Source of the DNA: Alkalilimnicola ehrlichii MLHE-1
GTDB taxonomy: Bacteria > Pseudomonadota > Gammaproteobacteria > Nitrococcales > Halorhodospiraceae
NCBI RefSeq assembly: GCF_000014785.1
Contig: NC_008340.1
Location: 2,310,001 to 2,342,000 of the forward strand
DNA: 32,000 bases
Direction: 5' to 3'
The first letter of the stretch is position 1, and the number at the start of each line of letters is the position of its first letter. The translations under genes were made by a program, and so were the position numbers. The notes under the pieces were generated by a model. The model was given only the letters and a program-made list of their open reading frames with translations. It had not been told where the DNA came from and did no database searches. This document shows positions 25,350 through 32,000 of this stretch, piece after piece.

Positions 25350-26678
25350 ATGGCGGCGGATCATCACTGGTATGCCAATCCGACACTGGACAAGGCCTAC
25401 CGGACGCTGGTGGACGAGGAGGATGCGCGGGTCTGCCGCGACATCAGTGACGAAGCCTGTCAGGTGGTGCCGGGCAACTTTTTCCTGCAGATCCTCAGCC
25501 ATTTCTTCACCAAGCTGGGTGATGCGGTGGCCAACCCGAAGACGGTGCTCGCCTGGCTGCTCAGCGCGCTCTCGGCCCCGGGCTTTTTCACCGCCCTGCT
25601 GGTGCCCATCCGCGAGTCCGGCTCGCTGATCCCGCAACTGTTCATCGCCAGCTACGTGCGGCGCCTGGCGCGACGCCAATGGGCCTTCGTCGTCGGTTGT
25701 ATCCTGCAGGCGGTGGCGGTACTGGCCATGGCCCTGATCGCGGTGGGCCTGGAGGGCGCCGCCGCGGGCACCGCGTTGATCGGCGCACTGGTACTGTTCA
25801 GCCTAGCCCGCGGGCTCTGCTCTGTGGCCTCCAAAGACGTGCTCGGTAAGACCGTGCCCAAGACCCGGCGCGGCCAGGTCAACGGCTGGTCCGCCTCCGC
25901 GGCCGGCCTGGTGACCATCGGCGTGGGCGCCCTGTTGCTGCTGGGAGGGGGCAGCCCTGGCGAGACCGGCATCTATCTGTTGCTGCTCGGCGGGGCGGCC
26001 CTGCTCTGGCTGCTGGCGGCGGCCGGCTATGGCGCGATTCGTGAGTACCCCGGGGCCACCTCCGGCGGCGGCAATGCCTTCACCGAGGCCGTCCAGCGCC
26101 TGGACCGGTTGCGCACCGACGAGCCCTTCCGGCGCTTTGTCATCGCCCGCGCCCTGCTGCTCTGCTCGGCGCTCACCGCCCCCTTTATCATCATGCTGGC
26201 CCATGAGCAGACCGGGGGCGCGGCGCTGGTCCTGGGCCTGTTTGTCATCGCAGATGGCCTGGCGAGCCTGGTCTCCGCCCCCTTCTGGGGCCGGTTCGCC
26301 GACACCTCCAGCCGGCGGGTGATGGTGGTCGCCGGGGCCGGCGCGGGGATGGTGGGCCTGGGACTGGTCCTGCTGGTCCAGGCGCTGCCGCCACTGGCGG
26401 GCAGCGCCTGGCTGTACCCGCTGTTCTTCTTCCTGCTGGCCATCGCCCACGCCGGCGTGCGGCTGGGCCGGAAGACCTACGTGGTGGACCTGGCGGGTGG
26501 GGACAAACGCACCGATTACGTGGCGGTCAGTAATACGGTGATCGGGGTGGTGCTCCTGCTGATGGGGGGGGTCGGATTGCTGACGGCGGTGATACCGGTC
26601 TCCGGCGTCATCCTCATCCTGTCAGGGATGGGGATCGCCGGGGCTTGGCTGTCCGCCCGCCTGCCCGAGGTCACCTGA
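25350..26678 (+). CDS. MFS transporter
   Basis: ~12 hydrophobic segments with loop motifs GRFADTSSRRVMVVAG and VRLGRKTYVVDLAGGDKRTDYVAVSNTVIG. GGGAG lies upstream of ATG 25350. Confidence 0.85.
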   Translation: MAADHHWYANPTLDKAYRTLVDEEDARVCRDISDEACQVVPGNFFLQILSHFFTKLGDAVANPKTVLAWLLSALSAPGFFTALLVPIRESGSLIPQLFIASYVRRLARRQWAFVVGCILQAVAVLAMALIAVGLEGAAAGTALIGALVLFSLARGLCSVASKDVLGKTVPKTRRGQVNGWSASAAGLVTIGVGALLLLGGGSPGETGIYLLLLGGAALLWLLAAAGYGAIREYPGATSGGGNAFTEAVQRLDRLRTDEPFRRFVIARALLLCSALTAPFIIMLAHEQTGGAALVLGLFVIADGLASLVSAPFWGRFADTSSRRVMVVAGAGAGMVGLGLVLLVQALPPLAGSAWLYPLFFFLLAIAHAGVRLGRKTYVVDLAGGDKRTDYVAVSNTVIGVVLLLMGGVGLLTAVIPVSGVILILSGMGIAGAWLSARLPEVT

Positions 26679-28865
26679 GGTCGGCCCCCGTGCCCCGGGG
26701 CCATCGTCACCGCAGGGCCCACCGCTGTCGCTCTCCATGCGCACGCTGAGCCGGGGCGCGGCCACATCGATGCCCCGCTCCTCCATCAACCGCTTGAGCC
26801 GCAGGTTGAAGCCCCGCGCCACGTCCCACTGCCACTCCGGGGCCGTGCGCATACGCACCCGGAGGATCGCGCCCCCCTCGTCGAAGCGCTCCACCCCCTG
26901 GACCTCCAGACCCGACCAGACCCGGAAGCCCAGGAAGCTGTCCCGGCGCAAGTCAGCGGCCACCTCGCGCAGCAGGGCGATGGTGTCGTCGACACCCATC
27001 ACCGGCGGCACCCGGACCCGGATCAAGGCGATACCGAACTGACGGGACATGTTGTGGATGGCCTGGATCTGGCTGAAGGTGATGATGTGCAGGACACCGT
27101 CCAGATCACGCAGACGCACGGTGCGCAGGGTGAGCCCCTCGACGGTGCCCATATGGCCCTCGATCTCCACGAAGTCGTCCACCGCCAGTGAATCCTCGAT
27201 GAGGATGAAGATCCCGGTGATCACGTCCTGGACCAGCTTCTGGGCGCCAAAGCCCAGGGCAAGGCCCACCACACCGGCCCCGGCGAGCAGCGGCGTCACG
27301 TTGACCCCGAGATTGGCCAGCACCGCGATACCGGTCAGCACCAGGATCAGGCTGAACAGGATGTTACGTAGCATGGGGGTGACCGTCTGCACCCGCGCCA
27401 CGTTCACCCGCCGGCCGCGGGCCCGCGCCGTGGAGGTCAGCGCCCGCTGGATGGCGGTATCGGCCAGGATCCAGACCAGCCAGGCAAGCAATACCGTGAC
27501 CACCACGGCGAGCACGGTCTGGCCCAGTTGCGCCGCGACGCCCTTGCCGCCCAGACCCACCAGGGTGCCACCCCAGACCTGCAGGGTCAGTTCGACGAAC
27601 GCCACCCAGATGACCAGATGCAGCAGGGTGTGCCCAAACCGCTCCAGGCGCTCCCGGTAGAGGGTCATCCGACGCCGGGTCATCCGCCGCTCGCCCTGGC
27701 GTCGGAGCAGGCGGGTCACGACCAACGTAAGCACCAGGAGGGCGGCGCTGATCATTGCCCGGGTCACCGCGGCCCCGGGATCGCCGGCCTCCATCAGCAC
27801 CGCCAGCACTGAGGCGCCAACCAGCACCAGCGCCGGGATGTGCCAGACATTGCCCAGCAGCCGCAACACGTCGTCGGCGGTGCTCCAATGGTGACGCTGC
27901 GAGTAGGGGCGGTTGACCAGCAGGTGGCGCACCGGCCGTTTGAACCAGACCACGAATGCCCCCGCCAGAATCGCTGCCGCCAGGCTGGCCAGCAACGAGA
28001 TCAGCTCGGCCAGTTCCGGCCCCAGGAATCCGGCCACCCGCTGGCTGTCCAGGGCATCGGCCAGGGCGACCAGGACACCGATAGCCGACAGCAGGCCCAG
28101 GGAACGCTCACGCAGGATGCGCACCGCCACCCGGCGGTGACCGCGGGTGTAGAGCGAGAATACGGTCTCCGCGGCCAGCGCCAGCAGACGACCGAGGAGC
28201 GCCACGTAGGCGACCACCAGCGCCGCCGCATGGCCGGGTGAGGTCGGCAGGAACTGGTTGAGGCCCAGGATCAGCGCGAAGGCCAGCGCCCAGGGCAGCA
28301 CCCGCCGGGTGAAATGCACCACCAGGAGAAAGACGCGGGCCTCATTGGGCAGACGCAGTGGCCAGTCCTGCCGCCGGTCGAGCAATCGGGCCAAGCCCAT
28401 GAGCAGGAACAGGGTGAACACCCAGAGGGCGAGCAAAACCCCGGCATCCAACAGAAACTGCCCCACCGCTCCGGACCCGGCCTCGGCGAACAACCGGCCC
28501 AGGTCATCGCGCGCCGCCTCGAAGCGCTCGGACCAGGACTCGATGGGCGCCTCCCCCGCCTGTGCCATCTCCCGCAGTTCGCTCAGCCCCTCCCCCAGCA
28601 CCCCGAGGACACCCTGCCGGCCAGGAGCGTCCAAAAGGTCCTGGTCCTCGCCCAACACCGCCCGCAGCCGACGCAGGTCCTGCAGCAGCAGATCCCGCTG
28701 CTCCCCGTCCTCCAGGGTCTGGATGACGTCGTCCAGCGACTCCAGCGCCGACTCCCGCTGCTCAGGTTCCTGACCGCCGGCCACCGATACGGGCGCCGTT
28801 GCCGCCCCCAGCAGCAGGGTCAGCAGGACCAGAAACAGAGACAGGAGACGGCGGCATTCCGGCAT
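26622..28865 (-). CDS. MscS-family mechanosensitive ion channel, large form with N-terminal signal and extra TM helices
   Basis: MscS pore-like segment (ANLGVNVTPLLAGAGVVGLALGFGAQKLVQDVITGIFILIEDSLAVDDFVEIEGHMGTVEGLTLRTVRLRDLDGVLHIITFSQI) and an N-terminal signal-like sequence. Confidence 0.93.
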   Translation of the reverse strand: MPECRRLLSLFLVLLTLLLGAATAPVSVAGGQEPEQRESALESLDDVIQTLEDGEQRDLLLQDLRRLRAVLGEDQDLLDAPGRQGVLGVLGEGLSELREMAQAGEAPIESWSERFEAARDDLGRLFAEAGSGAVGQFLLDAGVLLALWVFTLFLLMGLARLLDRRQDWPLRLPNEARVFLLVVHFTRRVLPWALAFALILGLNQFLPTSPGHAAALVVAYVALLGRLLALAAETVFSLYTRGHRRVAVRILRERSLGLLSAIGVLVALADALDSQRVAGFLGPELAELISLLASLAAAILAGAFVVWFKRPVRHLLVNRPYSQRHHWSTADDVLRLLGNVWHIPALVLVGASVLAVLMEAGDPGAAVTRAMISAALLVLTLVVTRLLRRQGERRMTRRRMTLYRERLERFGHTLLHLVIWVAFVELTLQVWGGTLVGLGGKGVAAQLGQTVLAVVVTVLLAWLVWILADTAIQRALTSTARARGRRVNVARVQTVTPMLRNILFSLILVLTGIAVLANLGVNVTPLLAGAGVVGLALGFGAQKLVQDVITGIFILIEDSLAVDDFVEIEGHMGTVEGLTLRTVRLRDLDGVLHIITFSQIQAIHNMSRQFGIALIRVRVPPVMGVDDTIALLREVAADLRRDSFLGFRVWSGLEVQGVERFDEGGAILRVRMRTAPEWQWDVARGFNLRLKRLMEERGIDVAAPRLSVRMESDSGGPCGDDGPGARGPTSGDLGQAGGQPSPGDPHP

Positions 28866-28967
28866 GGGCGGGACATCTGAGCGGCAGCGGTGATTGCCAG
28901 CAGTCTAACGCACCCGTCTCCTTGGGGCGTCTTCGGCTTATCGGGCGGAGCGGGCCTGGCGTGGGGC

Positions 28968-29984
28968 TCAGACCAATCGTGCCAGCTCGTCTTGACCGGG
29001 CGGCGCCAACGGCCCGCAGCCGGTCTCCGTGCACCAGATAACCGCTGCCGGCCCCGCCTCGACGCCGCCGATATCGGCGCAGGGGATGTCAGAGCCGTCC
29101 AGTGCCTGTCGCACCGCCGGCGCCTCAGCAGCCGGCACCGCCAACAGCAGCGCGCCGGAGGCGATGGTCGCCAGGGGGTCCAGACCGAGATGGCTACAGA
29201 TCCGGCGCGACAGTGCCGGCACCGGGATCGCTCCCGCCTCCACCCGCAGACGACGCCCGCTGGCCTGCGCCAGCTCCCACAGTGCCGCCTTCACGCCCCC
29301 CTCCGTGGGGTCGTGCATGGCATTGACCCGCCCCGCCGCCAGGGCAATGCGGGCGTCCGCCACCACGCTGATCCCCGGCCGCTCCAGGAACGCCGCCGCC
29401 GCGTCCAACTCCGCCACGCTGAAGCGGTCCGCCAGCCGCGCCCGGCAATCGCTGGCCAGGATCGCCGTCCCCTCCAACGGCACGCCCTTGGTCAGCAGGA
29501 GCCGATCGCCCGGTCGGGCACCCTGCGGCGTCACCAGCCGCGCCTCGGTCACCTCGCCCAGCAGGGCGCCGACCGCCACCGGCCGGGTGACCGCCGTGGT
29601 CACCTCCGTGTGTCCACCGATCAGTGCGATCCCCAACCGCTCACAGGCCTCGCTGATCTGTCCCATGAGCTGCTCCGGGAGGGCCCGCGGCGTGCCTCCG
29701 GCCGGCAGCAACAGCGTGACCAGCAACCAGCGCGGCGTAGCACCGGTGGTGGCGACATCGTTGGCATTCACCTGGACCAGGTAGTGGCCCAGGTCATCGG
29801 CCACGAAGGTGATGGGGTCGGACTTGCAGACCAGCAGGTGCCCACCGTGGCGGACCACGGCACAGTCCAGCCCGACCCCCGGCCCCATCACCACATCGGC
29901 GCCGGTGGGCGGCAGGCCCGCCAGCAGTCGGGCGAGCTGTTCCGGCGGCAGCTTGCCGCTCTCCAGCATGGGGTCGTCGGTCAT
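28968..29984 (-). CDS. AIR synthase / HypE-like (PurM-fold) family protein
   Basis: GLDCAVV...KSDPITFVADDLGHYLVQVNANDVATTGATPRWLL, IALIGGHTEVTTAVTRPVAVG, MHDPTEGGVKAALWELAQASG. Start at 29984 (MTDDPMLE) with GGAGG upstream; the ORF track start is over-extended. Confidence 0.88.
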   Translation of the reverse strand: MTDDPMLESGKLPPEQLARLLAGLPPTGADVVMGPGVGLDCAVVRHGGHLLVCKSDPITFVADDLGHYLVQVNANDVATTGATPRWLLVTLLLPAGGTPRALPEQLMGQISEACERLGIALIGGHTEVTTAVTRPVAVGALLGEVTEARLVTPQGARPGDRLLLTKGVPLEGTAILASDCRARLADRFSVAELDAAAAFLERPGISVVADARIALAAGRVNAMHDPTEGGVKAALWELAQASGRRLRVEAGAIPVPALSRRICSHLGLDPLATIASGALLLAVPAAEAPAVRQALDGSDIPCADIGGVEAGPAAVIWCTETGCGPLAPPGQDELARLV

Positions 29985-30132
29985 GGCATCGTCCCTCCTC
30001 CGTTCAGCGGACCGGGGCGTCCGCAGCGACCCGCCCCTTTTAGGCCGCCAGCCCGGGCAGGTCAACCGGTTGCCGGCTTCACACGCCGGCACCGGACGGG
30101 CACACTGAGCAGACCAACCAGGGGGGACGCCC

Positions 30133-30222
30133 ATGTCCGACACCAGCCCGATTGCCACCCTCACCGCCGGCCTCTCGACCCTCACGCCCGCGATGGGCAC
30201 GCGCCTCGGTGTCATGGCCTGA
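30133..30222 (+). CDS. Possible 29-aa leader or small protein
   Basis: ATG...TGA encodes MSDTSPIATLTAGLSTLTPAMGTRLGVMA. It has a G-rich upstream tract (GGGGGGACGCCC-ATG) and ends 18 bp before the TAXI start. Confidence 0.25.
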   Translation: MSDTSPIATLTAGLSTLTPAMGTRLGVMA

Positions 30223-30240
30223 CGCGGGGCGGTCACCACC

Positions 30241-31614
30241 ATGGCAGCAGCGCCCAGCCCCCGTCGCCCGACCCTGAGGGCTCGCCTGCCGGGCGGCCCC
30301 CTGGCGATCTGGGGCGCCATCCTGTTCCTGGGGGTGATCGCCCTCGCCGTCACCTGGCAATTCGTGGAGCCGGCCCCGCCGCGGCAGGTGACCCTGGCCA
30401 CAGGGGCCCCCGGCGGTGCCTACGAACAGATCGGCGCCGGCTACGCCGAGTGGTTCGCCGACAAGGGGATCACCCTGGAGACGGTCGCCACCCAGGGGGC
30501 CACGGAGAACTGGCAGCGGCTGCTGGCCGGCGAGGTGGACGCCGCCATCGTGCAGGGCGGCACCGCCCCGGCCGGGGCCGGCGACCAGCTCGAGGGGCTG
30601 GTGAGTGTCGCCTACGAGCCGCTGTTCGTCTTCTACCGGGAGGACGCGCTGAATGCCGCCCACCTGCTGGGCGGCGACCCACCGGTGCCACAGCGACTGG
30701 AGACCCTTTCCGGGCTGCGCATCGCCATTGGCTCCGAGGGCAGCGGCACCCGGACCCTGGTCCGGACCCTGCTCGATGAGCTGGGTCTGGCCACGGACGA
30801 TGCAACCGACACCGCGTTGGTGGCTATCGGCGGCGAGGCCGCTGCGCGGGGATTGCTGGAGGGCAAACTGGGTGCGGCCGCCTTCGTCATGTCACCCACC
30901 GCCCCGCTGGTACAGCGCCTGCTGGCCGCCGAAGGCATCGGGGTGCTCAATCAGGCCCAGGCCCCCACCTTCACCCAGCGGCTGCCCTACCTGGCCACCG
31001 TCACCCTGCACGAGGGGGTGGTGGACCCGCGCCGCAACCTGCCCCCGCACCGGGTTCAGATGCTGGCGCCGGCCACCTACCTGGTCACCCGCAAGGACAC
31101 CCACCGCGCCATCGCACAGCTGCTGGTGGAGGCGGAGCAGCGCAGCCGCCGCATACACCTGGTGGGCAACGGGGATCAATTCCCGTCGCTGGCCCACATG
31201 GACATCCCGGTCTCCGACCAGGCCCGCTACTTCTTCCAGCGCGGCCCCGGGTTTCTGCACCGCCACCTGCCCTTCTGGGCCGCCTCGCTGGTGGATCGCC
31301 TGGCCATTCTCATCATCCCGCTGCTGACCATCATCATCCCCTTGGTGCGCATCGCCCCGGCGGCGGTGACCTGGAGCATGCGCCGGCGGATCTTCCGTTG
31401 GTACCGCCAGTTGCGGGTGATCGACGAGGAGCTGGGCCGGCCACAGCTGCCCGTCGCCCGGCTGGAGAGCAACCTGGCCCAGTTGAAGCAACTGGACCAC
31501 GACGTGTCCGGGACGGAGGTGCCGCTGTCCTACATGGAAGAGTTTTATAACCTGCGGCTGCACATCGCCTACATGCGCCAGCGGGTCCGCGAGCGCCTCG
31601 GCAACAGCGTCTGA
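30241..31614 (+). CDS. TAXI-family TRAP transporter solute-binding protein, membrane anchored at both ends
   Basis: VTLATGAPGGAYEQIGAGYAEWFADKGITLETVATQGATENWQRLLAGEVDAAIVQGGT, IAIGSEGSGTRTLVRTLLDELG. N-terminal TM (LAIWGAILFLGVIALAVTWQFV) and C-terminal TM (LAILIIPLLTIIIPLVRIAP). Confidence 0.88.
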   Translation: MAAAPSPRRPTLRARLPGGPLAIWGAILFLGVIALAVTWQFVEPAPPRQVTLATGAPGGAYEQIGAGYAEWFADKGITLETVATQGATENWQRLLAGEVDAAIVQGGTAPAGAGDQLEGLVSVAYEPLFVFYREDALNAAHLLGGDPPVPQRLETLSGLRIAIGSEGSGTRTLVRTLLDELGLATDDATDTALVAIGGEAAARGLLEGKLGAAAFVMSPTAPLVQRLLAAEGIGVLNQAQAPTFTQRLPYLATVTLHEGVVDPRRNLPPHRVQMLAPATYLVTRKDTHRAIAQLLVEAEQRSRRIHLVGNGDQFPSLAHMDIPVSDQARYFFQRGPGFLHRHLPFWAASLVDRLAILIIPLLTIIIPLVRIAPAAVTWSMRRRIFRWYRQLRVIDEELGRPQLPVARLESNLAQLKQLDHDVSGTEVPLSYMEEFYNLRLHIAYMRQRVRERLGNSV

Positions 31615-31615
31615 A

Positions 31616-32000
31616 TCACATTCGGTCCACATCCGCAGGGCGGAGCCCCACCACCTCGGCCAGACCCGGCTCGGCTTCCCAATGGATATCCAGGTCGTAG
31701 AGGCGTACTGCGTAGCGGCGTCGGGTGTCGCGCTGATAGGCCGGGCGCGGGTCGGCGGCCAGTACCGCCTCGATCAACGCCACCAGCCCTGGGTGGCGGC
31801 GTTCGGCCATCTCCGCCTCGCTGCGCGCCGTCGCCAGCCAGCGCACCGACAGGGCCGGCTGGGGGGCCCTGCCGGCAAAGCCGCCGGTGGCGTCCGGACA
31901 GGCATCGCAATAGGGCACATAGGGCTTCACGTCGAGCAGCGGGGTGCCGTCCAGCAGATCGGGCCCCCGTACCTGAATTGAGGCGCGCGCCCCGGACAGG
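31616..32000 (-). CDS. trmO: tRNA (N6-threonylcarbamoyladenosine-methyl) methyltransferase TrmO (TsaA/YaeB family), 5' truncated by the window edge
   Basis: The open frame reaches the window end: LSGARASIQVRGPDLLDGTPLLDVKPYVPYCDACPDATGGFAGR...LIEAVLAADPRPAYQ...YAVRLYDLDIHW, matching the TrmO C-terminal half. Confidence 0.85.
   Translation of the reverse strand, partial: LSGARASIQVRGPDLLDGTPLLDVKPYVPYCDACPDATGGFAGRAPQPALSVRWLATARSEAEMAERRHPGLVALIEAVLAADPRPAYQRDTRRRYAVRLYDLDIHWEAEPGLAEVVGLRPADVDRM

Noticed and set aside
28968-30401. Full 477-aa ORF-track length for the AIR-synthase-like protein
   Set aside because: The first ~140 aa are Arg-rich read-through of the divergent intergenic region and the TAXI 5' end. 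MTDDPMLE at 29984 has a good ribosome-binding site.
1-32000. CRISPR array, tRNA, rRNA, IS element, prophage or known anti-phage system
   Set aside because: No regularly spaced repeats, tRNA-like cloverleaf, transposase, integrase or recognised defence motifs seen. The DEDDh nuclease sits in a transporter operon, so I did not call it a defence gene.

Overview
The window is GC-rich, densely coded DNA with the look of a gammaproteobacterial chromosome. I see no phage, CRISPR, rRNA or tRNA signal. Left to right it carries: a 3' fragment of msrB; a Sir2 deacylase; serB, whose stop codon sits inside a ~200-bp nested inverted repeat; an EAL-domain protein; a cysteine-rich PAS/sigma54 activator directly downstream of cytochrome bd oxidase genes (cioA/cydA-cioB/cydB); TauE/SafE overlapping a GGT-family gene; and a class II HDAC-like deacetylase. 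Next is a five-gene minus-strand array: REC-only response regulator > membrane/PAS/degenerate histidine-kinase-like protein fused to a DEDDh exonuclease > cNMP/CBS/DUF294 protein > DUF4212 small subunit > VC_2705-type Na+/solute symporter > intrinsic terminator. Two further DUF294-type nucleotidyltransferase-like paralogs lie nearby. The right side carries a proline racemase-family protein with Ser/Thr at the usual Cys/Cys positions, an MDR oxidoreductase, a phasin-like protein, an MFS transporter, an MscS channel, an AIR-synthase-like protein, a membrane-anchored orphan TAXI protein, and a 5'-truncated trmO/tsaA. The strongest candidate for an incompletely described system is the REC / pseudokinase-exonuclease / DUF294 / symporter cluster (~13.06-20.0 kb). 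All identifications come from reading motifs by eye; no database search was run.
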